A stretch of 64,000 nt of DNA, from contig OZ241914.1 of the NCBI GenBank assembly GCA_965203875.1, positions 461,209 through 525,208 on the forward strand. The letters are read 5' to 3'. Positions 18,865-28,987 of this stretch are shown here, piece after piece. The translations under genes were made by a program, and so were the position numbers. The number at the start of each line of letters is the position of its first letter. Positions within the stretch are counted from its first letter, which is position 1. The stretch is from Bdellovibrionales bacterium. Its GTDB lineage: Bacteria; Bdellovibrionota; Bdellovibrionia; Bdellovibrionales; JAUICD01. A model generated the notes under the pieces. It was not told the DNA's origin. It did not search any database and was given only the letters and a program-made list of their open reading frames with translations.

Positions 18865-20205
18865 ATGGGGCGATTATTAACTTTAGCCACTTTCTCTGTG
18901 GTGTTTTCTCTTGCTCTTGCAGCAAATGCTCAGGACGGACCTGCTGCAAAGGCTGAAGCCACCAAGAAGGAAAAAGCAGACGACCACTCTAAGCACGGCT
19001 CCGACAGGCCTGAATCTGCTTGGAAGATGGATGGAAATTTTGATGTGCGTATGGATCATTCTCTAAGTGATGAGCTGAACCATATGTTTTTTAGAGGTAT
19101 TTTGGGTGCCAAAGCCAATATTGAAGATAGTTTGTATGGTTATCTAAGCGTTTACAGTTTGTCTCAGTCAAAACAAGCGACTACTGTAGACGATCTTGAA
19201 GATTCAGATCCGCAAACACCTTTAAGTTTATACCAGGCTTGGGTTAAATGGGCTCCTTCTGAGGCTTTAAAAATAAAAGCTGGTATATTTGACACCTCGT
19301 TTTTTGGATATACCAACCTGTATGAAGACCACCCTGAAGTACTTAGAGGTGCTATTGTGAAGTGGAAAACTCCGGCTGGTAAGTTGTCTCTACTATATGC
19401 TAGGGACTACGATCTTGGAGCCTTTAGTCCATCACAACCAGTAAATACTTTGCAACAAAACAACAACAAAGAAGATGATGTTCAAGTTGGTTATGTCGGT
19501 GCAAACTTCAAAGTTACACAATTACCTGAGCTAGTGAGCAAATTTAAGTTGTCAGTTCTACGTCAGAACGGTGATGAGGCCTTTCAAAGCATCGATGGCA
19601 GACTTGCAAAAGACATCACAACTTATGGTGGTTTAGCAAAGCTTGGCTTACAGGGTGTGCATCTGAAAGGTGCTGCATACATGCAATCAGGCGGCGATAC
19701 AGCAGATGATGCTGCAGAAGATGCTGCTGATAGTGACAGCAGTTACATGTTTGATGTAAAATTGCGTTACGCTTTACCTCAAGTTCTTAATTCAACAGTT
19801 TGGGCTGGGTACCACAGGGATAGTGCAAACTTTCAACCTTTGTTTTACAACAAACATAAAAATGCTGGATACAGCGACATACTGGAGTTTGGTAACCTAA
19901 CTTATCTTAACTTCGGATTTAAGGTTGAACCAAAAGACAATCTTTATTTAGGTGCTGGATACCATATGTTTAGCAAAACAGACCCTAATGGGGATATCAA
20001 CCTGTACCATGCACCATCTGATTGGGAAGTAATCAACAGTAATGATGCCAGTATTGGTACGGAGTTGGATGTCTGGGCTAAAAAGAAATTTGATAATGGG
20101 TTGAGTGCTAAACTTAGATACGCTAACTTTTCACCTAATAGTGCTACTATTGCTGCTGAACAGAAAGATGAAAGAGTGGAGCTAAGACTAGTGTCTAACT
20201 TTTAG
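18865..20205 (+). CDS. Outer-membrane beta-barrel (porin-like) protein
   Basis: Signal peptide ...ALAANA, alternating amphipathic strands and a C-terminal aromatic ...LRLVSNF. Confidence 0.55.
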   Translation: MGRLLTLATFSVVFSLALAANAQDGPAAKAEATKKEKADDHSKHGSDRPESAWKMDGNFDVRMDHSLSDELNHMFFRGILGAKANIEDSLYGYLSVYSLSQSKQATTVDDLEDSDPQTPLSLYQAWVKWAPSEALKIKAGIFDTSFFGYTNLYEDHPEVLRGAIVKWKTPAGKLSLLYARDYDLGAFSPSQPVNTLQQNNNKEDDVQVGYVGANFKVTQLPELVSKFKLSVLRQNGDEAFQSIDGRLAKDITTYGGLAKLGLQGVHLKGAAYMQSGGDTADDAAEDAADSDSSYMFDVKLRYALPQVLNSTVWAGYHRDSANFQPLFYNKHKNAGYSDILEFGNLTYLNFGFKVEPKDNLYLGAGYHMFSKTDPNGDINLYHAPSDWEVINSNDASIGTELDVWAKKKFDNGLSAKLRYANFSPNSATIAAEQKDERVELRLVSNF

Positions 20206-20226
20206 GAATTTTTAAAAAAGGGGAAG

Positions 20227-20257
20227 AGCCAGGGTTATACATCCCTGGCTTTTTTTA
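20227..20257 (+). terminator. Rho-independent terminator
   Basis: AGCCAGGG-TTATACAT-CCCTGGCT followed by T7, directly after the porin-like gene. Confidence 0.8.
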
Positions 20258-20258
20258 T

Positions 20259-20846
20259 ATGAAACTTTCCAGAGCGGCGATCGCTATTATAGGTTTGATT
20301 GTTGGACTTGGTTTTATCCTATTTACAAACCCTCCACATACACCATGTGCTTCTCAATTAGAGCAGTTGAAAATTAAATATACTCCGGCATTTGTCCTGG
20401 ACACGACCTCAAGATACCAAAAAACCACAGGGTTTAGAAAATCGTTTCTAGGTTGTAAGGAAGCAAAAAACTCAGGAGGCTGTTTTGCTTTGTTTAAGTT
20501 AGTCGAAGGCTTATACTCAGAATTGACCGCAGTTCAGATAAATTGTTTTAAAGCTGTAGCCAGTGTTTCTGAATTTAGAGATCCCATGTGGGGCACAGCA
20601 AGACTGTTGGTAGAAATGGCTTGGAAAAATGAACCATCCACTAATGAAAGAACATATACCTGGCTAGATAGATCGCATTTATCGTTATTTTGTAAGCTAA
20701 AGGATCATTTAGTCAGATTAGATGGACAAAATAGGTGGGATAATTTTAGAGAAGATGTATTACGGTCACTACCAGGAACTGAAAACATGCAGAGAACAGA
20801 TATTTGGAAAAAATCAGTCTTTGCAATTAATTGCCAAAGAATCTAA
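20259..20846 (+). CDS. Hypothetical membrane-anchored protein
   Basis: N-terminal TM segment AAIAIIGLIVGLGFILF. No motif recognised. Confidence 0.4.
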   Translation: MKLSRAAIAIIGLIVGLGFILFTNPPHTPCASQLEQLKIKYTPAFVLDTTSRYQKTTGFRKSFLGCKEAKNSGGCFALFKLVEGLYSELTAVQINCFKAVASVSEFRDPMWGTARLLVEMAWKNEPSTNERTYTWLDRSHLSLFCKLKDHLVRLDGQNRWDNFREDVLRSLPGTENMQRTDIWKKSVFAINCQRI

Positions 20847-20867
20847 CACAAAGAATCTAACGCAAAG

Positions 20868-22217
20868 CTATTGAGCTTTGTTATTTAAAATTTTCTTGCT
20901 GAGTATATCCTTTAGGTCCATCAAGTTTTGTGAATTACCAGATTTGGAACCAGCGTTTGTCGAATCCACCATAGGAGTAGGGCCTTCTGTTATTATCCCT
21001 GAAAGAGGAATCCTAGGTTGCATCGCCAAAGCAGCCCAAGCATTAAGCCTGCCAGATGTTTTTGTTTTACCTAACAGTAACTCAGATTGACTCGCCTGTG
21101 CGGTAGATAAGATTCTGTTCTTTACCTGAAGATAATCAAAGTCGCTGTTCATGGAGTAGAGCAGAGCTGCAACTCCAGTTACAAAAGCAGTAGCTTGTGA
21201 TGTTCCAGTCATAACTCCATAGCGATTGTTAGGTAGAGTGGAAATAATCCTTTCCCCAGGAGCAACTAAGTGAGTTGTTCTTATACCCCAGTTACTGGAC
21301 CTTAGAACATTAGCACCTGGATTTATTGCTGTTACTGAAATTATATTATCCAGTTCATAGTTTGCAGGATAGTAACTAAATTTATCTGAGTTAGATCTTT
21401 CATTTCCTGCAGCAGCTACGAATAATATTTCCCTTTCTCTGGCATCTCTTATCGCCTCGTATTCTTGTCTGGAATACTCAAGGCCTCCACCAGAGTAGTT
21501 TATTATCTGAGCACCCATTTTGATAGCGTACTTTATTGATTTTATAGTGTTTAATAAGTTGTTGTTCTTTTTAGATGCAGGGTCGTAGTACTTTAGTGTC
21601 ATTATCTTCACTTTTTTAGGAATTACGCCGCTTAATCCTACGTTGTTTCCGCCTCTGGCACCCAGTATGCCAGATACATGTGTACCATGTCCGTGGTTGT
21701 CTGATATATTGTTGTTTCCTGAAACAAAATTCCACCCGTGTAAATCATCTACAAATCCATTTCTGTCATCGTCTACGTTATTTTTGGACTTATCCCTACC
21801 TTCAGAATCCAATCCGCTCTCACCTTTGTTCACCCACAAATTGCTTCTAATATCCTCGTGTAACACATCTATACCTGTATCAATTACTGCTACCACTACG
21901 TCTCTGGCTTGTTGTTTTGCTACCGCTTCTTCAAAAATATTCCATGCTCTAGATGCATGCACATGAGAGTTAGAATGCTTGCCTGTAAGCCCCCAACTTC
22001 TGGCTATTTCTGGATCATTTAATTTATTTTTAATTGATTCATCATGCAACAGGATGGATTTTTCGGTTTTAGTCTTCTTTTTGATATTGGAAGCTTCTCC
22101 CAAGCTGGCCTGTCTTGCTACACCATTTTCTTTTGGCCTTAGTTTAAAAAGATAAAAGGTAACGGATATAGATATTATTAATATTACGGCAACTTTACGC
22201 TTCCATGTCTTCTTCAA
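20868..22217 (-). CDS. Subtilisin-like serine protease (peptidase S8)
   Basis: Catalytic triad contexts VAVIDTGID, HGHGTHVSG and GTSQATAFVTG, with an N-terminal TM/signal. Confidence 0.85.
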   Translation of the reverse strand: MKKTWKRKVAVILIISISVTFYLFKLRPKENGVARQASLGEASNIKKKTKTEKSILLHDESIKNKLNDPEIARSWGLTGKHSNSHVHASRAWNIFEEAVAKQQARDVVVAVIDTGIDVLHEDIRSNLWVNKGESGLDSEGRDKSKNNVDDDRNGFVDDLHGWNFVSGNNNISDNHGHGTHVSGILGARGGNNVGLSGVIPKKVKIMTLKYYDPASKKNNNLLNTIKSIKYAIKMGAQIINYSGGGLEYSRQEYEAIRDAREREILFVAAAGNERSNSDKFSYYPANYELDNIISVTAINPGANVLRSSNWGIRTTHLVAPGERIISTLPNNRYGVMTGTSQATAFVTGVAALLYSMNSDFDYLQVKNRILSTAQASQSELLLGKTKTSGRLNAWAALAMQPRIPLSGIITEGPTPMVDSTNAGSKSGNSQNLMDLKDILSKKILNNKAQ

Positions 22218-22327
22218 AATAAACCCCCAGCCATGTATGAGGTTCGGTAATTTTGTAAGAAAATATTAGGCTAGCTATAAAGAAATGAGGTTTTTATGAT
22301 ACATGATGAAAAAGGCTTCTAATTAAC

Positions 22328-23308
22328 TTGTGGCTAACCCCTGTTGGTAGGTACAATATACCCCGTCAAAGGAGCGTCAGATTGTTTCGTTTTTGCCTCA
22401 TTCTTTGTTTTTTGATTTTTTCTGTTTCTGCTAAGGCCGCTCAATTAGCCGAAGTGATTACAGATGGAGCAATGGTTTATCAACATGCAGACTTTGATTC
22501 TACAGTCATTGGATACCTTCAAAGAGGGCAGAAGGTCAAAGTGTCAAATAGAACCGAAGGGCCATTTTATAAAGTTCAATTTTCAGAAGGCAACACAGGG
22601 TATGTATCAGATGTGGATGTTAAAGTAAAAGGTTCAAGAAGACCTAGGCAGGAAGAACTCGATATAGAGTTTGATGATGAGGCAGAAATCCACACGGACG
22701 ATGAAGACTTTGAATTTGACGACTCTCCTCCTCCCAACAAATATAGAAACAATAACGCTGATAAGAAATATAATTCCGAGGCTTCATCCGCCAGGTGGGG
22801 ACTTTCTTCGTCTTACCTAGTCAGATATAGCTATGCAGGTAAAGAGGCTGACGGCACTGCAGAAATCATGGGTGCTGACAATAATTTTTTTGTTTATGGT
22901 TTAGATATAAACTTTCCTTACCACGCAGGCGGAATATATCCCAACATATCGATCTATGTTACTCCTTTTTTAACAAACTCTGGTAAAGACAGACATAAAA
23001 AAGATGGGTATGAATCTTATTCTGGCCTAGCTCTATTGATTTTTAATCTTACCCTGGCAAAGGAGTTGCATAGGTTTACTGGTGGTAGGGCTGGAATTCA
23101 TCTAGGGGTTGGTCCTACAATTTCAAGCAATTTGTTGAAATTAAAAGGTGAAGACAGAGCAGATAAGCCACTGATAGAAACAAGACTGGGTGTTGTTGGT
23201 TATCTAAGTTTAGACTACAGGTTCAGAAACTTTAATTTGATAATCAAGCCTACTTATTATTACGAGATAACTCATTACTTCGCTTTAGCTTTTGGGTTGA
23301 GTTTTTAA
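22328..23308 (+). CDS. SH3b-domain protein with beta-barrel-like C-terminal half
   Basis: Signal ...VSAKA, SH3b-like GYLQRGQKVKVSNRTEGPFYKVQFSEGNTGYVSDVDV, an acidic linker and a C-terminal ...FGLSF. Confidence 0.5.
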   Translation: MWLTPVGRYNIPRQRSVRLFRFCLILCFLIFSVSAKAAQLAEVITDGAMVYQHADFDSTVIGYLQRGQKVKVSNRTEGPFYKVQFSEGNTGYVSDVDVKVKGSRRPRQEELDIEFDDEAEIHTDDEDFEFDDSPPPNKYRNNNADKKYNSEASSARWGLSSSYLVRYSYAGKEADGTAEIMGADNNFFVYGLDINFPYHAGGIYPNISIYVTPFLTNSGKDRHKKDGYESYSGLALLIFNLTLAKELHRFTGGRAGIHLGVGPTISSNLLKLKGEDRADKPLIETRLGVVGYLSLDYRFRNFNLIIKPTYYYEITHYFALAFGLSF

Positions 23309-24011
23309 AAATTGCTGACTTGTTTATTTCTTTTATCTGACCTTTTCTAAGCTTGCCAATAGATAAGCTACCTATTGATACTCTTTTTATTTTTAGCACA
23401 TCAAATTTTATTTTTTCAAACATACGCTTTATTTGTCGATTTTTCCCTTCTGAAATTGTTATCTTAACCCAGTCATTGTTTTTTTCTTTCTTTGCTATTT
23501 TCAAAATATGTCGAGCTTTTACTCTTCCACCTACTATGCTTACTCCTGTTTTTAATTTATTTAACTGAGTATTTGTTACATTTCCTTTTAGTTTAACCAG
23601 ATAAGTTTTATCCACTCCCCATCTTGGGTGAGATATTTTATTTGCAAATTGACCATCATTAGTTAATACCATCAAGCCTTCAGCATCCCAATCGAGCCTG
23701 CCTACTGGAAATACTCTGTCATCTAAATTTTCTAAAAAATCTGCAATGGTGGGTCTTCTTTTAGGATCGGATAAAGTGCTCAATACATTTTTTGGTTTAT
23801 TAAACATATAGTAGACATATTTTTTTCTAACCAAATGTTTATTGCCTATTTTTACCTTATCTTTGTTGGGAAGTATTAGGTATCCTAGCTTGCTTATTAG
23901 CTCACCGTTTACGTGTACTTTCTTTGTTTTTATTAAGTCGTCGGCTTTTCGTCTGCTACATACTCCGCATTGAGATATATATTTGTTTAATCTTATTTTT
24001 TTATTCTGCAT
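23250..24011 (-). CDS. Pseudouridine synthase, RsuA/RluB family
   Basis: S4 domain RLNKYISQCGVCSRRKADDLI and catalytic motif GRLDWDAEGLMVLTNDG. Confidence 0.85.
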   Translation of the reverse strand: MQNKKIRLNKYISQCGVCSRRKADDLIKTKKVHVNGELISKLGYLILPNKDKVKIGNKHLVRKKYVYYMFNKPKNVLSTLSDPKRRPTIADFLENLDDRVFPVGRLDWDAEGLMVLTNDGQFANKISHPRWGVDKTYLVKLKGNVTNTQLNKLKTGVSIVGGRVKARHILKIAKKEKNNDWVKITISEGKNRQIKRMFEKIKFDVLKIKRVSIGSLSIGKLRKGQIKEINKSAIFKNSTQKLKRSNELSRNNK

Positions 24012-24208
24012 AACCTAGCTTTTCATAGCTTATAACATGACCTATAGCATCAAGATAGATATGTTTGGTAAACTCTTGTAACAAGTTTAGTTGTATTTAA
24101 TGTTAATGCCATCATTCGTAGGGAGTAATATTTGAAAAATATCATGTCTATGAGTATATACTATTTTGTACAAGATACATATAAAGTTCTTTTTGTTAAA
24201 TCAATACG

Positions 24209-25714
24209 GTGAGTCGACTAATGGCTAAAAACATTACTTTTGCACAAAGCGAACATCTAATACAAAAATCTAAAACCACAAAAAAACTATTGGGGCAGTA
24301 TTTTACACATAAGATAACAGCTGAGTATATGTCTACAATGATTCGTCCAGCCAATGCATCTGTTGTGCGTATCTTAGACGCTGGAGCAGGAGCAGGAATA
24401 TTAACTACTTTTGCTGCAATACAATGTTTGAAATTGGGACATAAACGTGTACATGCTGTTTTGTATGAAATTGACGAAGATATTTTTTCAAAACTTAAAA
24501 TAAATATGGAACACCTTACGTATGTATTCAAAAAACAAGGATGCAAGTTTACTTTCAAGATTCACAACGAAGATTTTGTACTAACTAGACCAGATAAAAC
24601 TGAAGAGGGTTTCCATATTTCTTCAATTAACCCTCCTTACTTTAAATATAATTCTAAGACTTCCCCTTACGCAAAAGCTACTACTGATCTATATAACGGA
24701 AATCCCAATATTTATGCTTCATTTATGGCTATAGTTTCATCTTGCTTAGCACCTAATGGTCAAATGGTTGCCATTGTCCCTCGTAGTTTTACCAACGGTC
24801 TTTATTTCAAAGGTTTTCGCCAGTACATGAATCGGACAATGAGTTTAAATAAAATTCATATTTTCAAATCAAGAAACCAGGTATTTGAAGGATCATCTGT
24901 ACTACAGGAAAACATTATTTGTTATTATACTAAACATAAACAACAAACACATATTGACATTTGCACTTCTATTGGATGTAAAGACTTGGGGCAAACAGAG
25001 CAAAATCGATACTTGGCAAAACAAATCATCGATAAGTCTACGCAATATGAAATAATTAGAATTCCTGAAGCTTTAGAGGAGGCAAAAATATTAAACATTG
25101 TAGAAAAATGGCCAACTAACTTTCAAGAAAATGGATATTTTATATCAACTGGACCTGTAGTTGAGTATCGAGCTAAAAAATATATAACTAACTCCAAAGA
25201 AAACAAATATTCAATTCCTCTACTAAAAATGCATAATATCAAAGCTTTCCAAACTAGATGGACTGGAGATCACAAGAAAGATGCATATTTTACACTAATT
25301 GATGGTTGTAAAAAATATGTTTCCAAAAATCAATTATATGTAATTTTAAAACGGTTTAGTGCAAAAGATGAAAAACGTCGTCTTGTTGCTGCAGTTCATA
25401 ATCCGCAAACTATACAAAGCCCCTTACTAGCTATGGAAAATCATATCAATTATATAGGAAGAAAAAATGGATTATTAAACTTATTTGAAGCTTATGGCCT
25501 TGCTACTCTTTTTAACTCGACACTGATGGATAAGTATTTTAGATGCCTATCTGGTAACACCCAAGTAAATGCTACAGAGATTAAGTTATTAAAAATGCCA
25601 TCCATAGACATTATCCAGCAAATAGGAGAACTGTTTTTACAAAATATGGAAACTTCTCAGAACAAGATCGACAGTATTATAAATTTCTATTTGGAAGAAA
25701 CAATAACCTTATGA
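24209..25714 (+). CDS. N6-adenine DNA methyltransferase, gamma-class (Eco57I/PstI-type M subunit)
   Basis: Motif [13 protein letters not shown] lies upstream of motif [12 protein letters not shown]. 501 aa. Confidence 0.8.
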   Translation: MSRLMAKNITFAQSEHLIQKSKTTKKLLGQYFTHKITAEYMSTMIRPANASVVRILDAGAGAGILTTFAAIQCLKLGHKRVHAVLYEIDEDIFSKLKINMEHLTYVFKKQGCKFTFKIHNEDFVLTRPDKTEEGFHISSINPPYFKYNSKTSPYAKATTDLYNGNPNIYASFMAIVSSCLAPNGQMVAIVPRSFTNGLYFKGFRQYMNRTMSLNKIHIFKSRNQVFEGSSVLQENIICYYTKHKQQTHIDICTSIGCKDLGQTEQNRYLAKQIIDKSTQYEIIRIPEALEEAKILNIVEKWPTNFQENGYFISTGPVVEYRAKKYITNSKENKYSIPLLKMHNIKAFQTRWTGDHKKDAYFTLIDGCKKYVSKNQLYVILKRFSAKDEKRRLVAAVHNPQTIQSPLLAMENHINYIGRKNGLLNLFEAYGLATLFNSTLMDKYFRCLSGNTQVNATEIKLLKMPSIDIIQQIGELFLQNMETSQNKIDSIINFYLEETITL

Positions 25715-26664
25715 CTAAAAAAATAAAATTAGTTCAAGCCCAAGAAATACTAGAGGCACTAGGACTTCCTAAACAGCAATACAATAAGCGTTCTGCTTGG
25801 GTATTTTTAGCTTTAGCCAATATACGTCCCAAGGATGAGTGGAAAAATGCAAAGTCTTCTTTACTGCCAACAGTTGATATTATGCAATTCATACGTAAAT
25901 ATTACGGCCAAAATTATAAACCAAACACAAGAGAAACTATAAGACGTCAAACGCTTCATCAATTTGAACAAGCACGAATAGTTGATAGAAATCGTGACAA
26001 CCCATCAAGAGCAACTAACAGCAAGTATAATAATTATTCCTTAAATCAGACGGTGATAAAAGTGTTAAGAAAATATCCAAACAATAATTGGAAACAAAAA
26101 ATTAAAGAATATGAGCAAGATTTGCCCAAACTAAAAAGAATTTATGAACGCACTTTAAACAAAACAAAAATTCCAATAAAGATCAGATTAGGAAAAGAAA
26201 TAAATTTGTCGCCTGGGAAACATAACCAGTTGCAAAAAGATATTGTGGACGAATTTTGCTCACGATTTATAGGACAATCTGGAATGGTTCTCTATATGGG
26301 TGATACAGCTAAAAGTCGAAATGAAGGTGGCAAATATATAGTACTAGAGGAAAAACAGTTAAAAGCTATAGGAATATCTATAATATCACATGGAAAGCTT
26401 CCTGACTTGATAGCCTATGATAAAAAAAGGAAACGGGTATTTCTTATTGAAGCTGTCACTAGTCACGGACCTGTTTCGTCTAAAAGATATATTGAAATGG
26501 AGAAAATATTAAAAAATTGTAAAGTACAAAAGATATATGTCTCTGCCTTTCCAAATATCAAAATATTCCGCCAATATATTGCAAATATTGCCTGGGAAAC
26601 AGAGGTATGGATAGCAGATAGCCCTGATCATATGATTCACTTTAATGGAGATCATTTTTTATAA
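25711..26664 (+). CDS. Putative type II restriction endonuclease (BsuBI/PstI-family candidate)
   Basis: It is translationally coupled to the MTase (ATGA overlap). At 317 aa, the size and gene pairing resemble the PstI/BsuBI systems as I recall them. The family assignment is not verified. Confidence 0.45.
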   Translation: MTKKIKLVQAQEILEALGLPKQQYNKRSAWVFLALANIRPKDEWKNAKSSLLPTVDIMQFIRKYYGQNYKPNTRETIRRQTLHQFEQARIVDRNRDNPSRATNSKYNNYSLNQTVIKVLRKYPNNNWKQKIKEYEQDLPKLKRIYERTLNKTKIPIKIRLGKEINLSPGKHNQLQKDIVDEFCSRFIGQSGMVLYMGDTAKSRNEGGKYIVLEEKQLKAIGISIISHGKLPDLIAYDKKRKRVFLIEAVTSHGPVSSKRYIEMEKILKNCKVQKIYVSAFPNIKIFRQYIANIAWETEVWIADSPDHMIHFNGDHFL

Positions 26665-26671
26665 AATATCT

Positions 26672-27409
26672 TTAGATTATCGGTGATGCTTCGTTATTAT
26701 TTAATACATTATCTTGCAGATTGAATTGTGAGTTGAGGTTATCAAGTCTATCTTGTGTCATTTGAATATATTTTTTTTCAATTTCAATTCCTATAAACTT
26801 ACGTTCCATTTCTTTACATGCTACTCCTGTAGAGCCTACACCCATAAATGGATCAAGCACCACATCGCCTGGATTAGATGCTATTTTTAAAATATGTTTT
26901 AATATTTTTACAGGTTTTTGCGTAGGATGCTTTAGTCTTTCTTTTCCCATACAAATGGGGCTTTGAATAAAGTTGTGCATTTCTTTTTGTGTTGTAAAGT
27001 TCCAGGTGTGTCCTTTGTTCCACATGCAGCATATGATCTCACAAGAATTTAAAAATCCAGCTCGTCTAATTTTGGGTGGAGGGTTTGTTTTGTGCCACAC
27101 CATTATTTGAAAGCTATCAAATACAGGATCGAATGTTTTATGAAAATCTCCTAATAAATTATATGCAGTGAAAATAAAAATATTGCCCGTGGGTTTTATT
27201 ATTCTTAAAAACTCTTTTTTTAGTTTTTTAATATCTAAGACATCTTTATCCCAGCTTGCAATATCGTTGTTGAGTGTTTTTCTCCAACTGGCATTTATAT
27301 TACCTGTGGAGTATTGAGCTAGGTTGTAAGGAGGATCTGTTAGAATTAAATCTACGCTGGATGATTTTATTTTAGAAAGTTCTTTATAACAGTCACCGTG
27401 GATAAGCAT
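26672..27409 (-). CDS. DNA methyltransferase, beta-class (N4/N6)
   Basis: Motif IV LILTDPPYN is N-terminal. HPTQKP and motif I LDPFMGVGSTG are C-terminal. Confidence 0.85.
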   Translation of the reverse strand: MLIHGDCYKELSKIKSSSVDLILTDPPYNLAQYSTGNINASWRKTLNNDIASWDKDVLDIKKLKKEFLRIIKPTGNIFIFTAYNLLGDFHKTFDPVFDSFQIMVWHKTNPPPKIRRAGFLNSCEIICCMWNKGHTWNFTTQKEMHNFIQSPICMGKERLKHPTQKPVKILKHILKIASNPGDVVLDPFMGVGSTGVACKEMERKFIGIEIEKKYIQMTQDRLDNLNSQFNLQDNVLNNNEASPII

Positions 27410-27427
27410 TGATATAATTGAAAGCCT

Positions 27428-27607
27428 TTATATAGCGTCTTTATTTCGGATTTTCTTGCCATCTATCCTCATAAACTTATCCATACCAAACTTCAAAGGT
27501 AATCCACGAAACATACGCAACATTTCATCTGCATCTTTTTCGTATGCTTTGATACGTTTTATCCTCTCTAAAATACTTATTAGTATTGGTTCTTTAAAAA
27601 TTTTCAC
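27428..27607 (-). CDS. Unannotated 59-aa ORF between the kinase and MTase genes
   Basis: GTG start with GGAG 6 nt upstream. It translates as (M)KIFKEPILISILERIKRIKAYEKDADEMLRMFRGLPLKFGMDKFMRIDGKKIRNKDAI. It is co-oriented with both neighbours and sits below the ORF-track length cutoff. Confidence 0.4.
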   Translation of the reverse strand: MKIFKEPILISILERIKRIKAYEKDADEMLRMFRGLPLKFGMDKFMRIDGKKIRNKDAI

Positions 27608-27635
27608 TTATGTCTCCAATTCCCACCTGATGTTT

Positions 27636-28868
27636 CTAATGAAACTCATCGCTCATTGTATCAAAAAAGTAAAGTGTTTTTAACCTATTTTTAACTTTTT
27701 CTGGTAAATTTTTACAGTTTTTCTGATACAAAAGCCCTAAAGCATGCTTTTGTTTTAGTACAATCAGTTTTTCAGGAGCAAAATATAGTGAATACAGTTT
27801 AGCTATAATTTTCTTGCGATTCCATTTATAAACAAGCCACGATATTGACCGCAGAAAAAATACAAGTGACCTTTGTTTAGGCGACAATTTTTTATTTTTA
27901 ATTAATCGTGTAACAAACTCTGATACTGCTTCTTCTGCTAATTTCCACACAGCATGATTAATTTCTTTCTGACTTGAGTTGCTTGTTAATTTAATATGTT
28001 TTTGCTTCATAATATCTTGCAGAAATTTCCAATACGCAACGTGCAGTAACTTTTTTGGTTTATCATATCCATTGTATATAAACTCTATATTAAGCAACAT
28101 ATACTTTTGTATTTCAATTTTATCCATTATCTCTTTTAAAGCTGAGCTCAAATTGGTAAATAATTTTTCAAAAGATGCTCTTACGACTTCTTCGGAAACA
28201 TATCTGCCATATGTTTTGCCTTTTGCTTCATGCTTAGTTCCTTCTTCTAATCTTTTACTAACTCTAGATAGTGCGGTCTCTGCACTATCTAGGAATATTA
28301 CATGTATAAATACGTCCTTATATTCTCTTTTTATTGCTTGACTAATATCTTGGGTTATTTGATGTGGGCTATTGTCTTTTTTAGGAGTTATATTTTTTTC
28401 GAATATAATATGCTTATGTTGTTGTAGAGCTTTTTTAAAAAGCTTAGGTGCTATTTGTGTTGCCACCTCTGACTGTATAAAAGCAGAGGCTTTTTTGTAA
28501 TTGATACGTTTTAAAACGTCATATTCAGGCAAATATCTTTTTATGGCATCAAAGTTTATACTAACATAATTTTTCATATCTTGACCATATTCATCTTTCA
28601 AGCGGTCTTTTAAAGAGGTTTTTCCTGCTCCAATATGTCCTACTATAAAACGCAACTTTGGATTGTTTTGACTACTTTTACCATCAAGCTCCGTTTCTAT
28701 TATCTTTTCATGTAGCTGTTTTCTTCTAGCATCGTCTTTGAACAACACCTTTGATGTAGTATCTTCGCCACCTCCAGATAGCTCTTTTAATACATCTTCA
28801 TATTCACCAGATTCATCACCTTTTGTGTAAGCATCGTATAGTTTATGGTATTTATCTGCATCAATCAT
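27636..28868 (-). CDS. Zeta-toxin-like P-loop kinase with uncharacterised C-terminal extension
   Basis: Walker A RFIVGHIGAGKTSL within a zeta/AAA_33-like N-terminal half. A C-terminal region of roughly 170 aa has no motif I recognise. Confidence 0.5.
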   Translation of the reverse strand: MIDADKYHKLYDAYTKGDESGEYEDVLKELSGGGEDTTSKVLFKDDARRKQLHEKIIETELDGKSSQNNPKLRFIVGHIGAGKTSLKDRLKDEYGQDMKNYVSINFDAIKRYLPEYDVLKRINYKKASAFIQSEVATQIAPKLFKKALQQHKHIIFEKNITPKKDNSPHQITQDISQAIKREYKDVFIHVIFLDSAETALSRVSKRLEEGTKHEAKGKTYGRYVSEEVVRASFEKLFTNLSSALKEIMDKIEIQKYMLLNIEFIYNGYDKPKKLLHVAYWKFLQDIMKQKHIKLTSNSSQKEINHAVWKLAEEAVSEFVTRLIKNKKLSPKQRSLVFFLRSISWLVYKWNRKKIIAKLYSLYFAPEKLIVLKQKHALGLLYQKNCKNLPEKVKNRLKTLYFFDTMSDEFH

Positions 28869-28987
28869 GGGATAGGAGTATATCAGAGCATGGTATTGTG
28901 GCCAAAATAATTTCTTTGAACATGGTAAAATACATATTTATACCCATGCCTATATATGATATAAGAACACTAAAATAGGAAACTGCT

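Noticed and set aside
27456-27683. Listed 75-aa plus-strand ORF between the MTase and kinase genes
   Set aside because: It is antisense to the co-oriented 59-aa minus-strand ORF that has an RBS. Its translation is low-complexity and it has a TTG start without an RBS.
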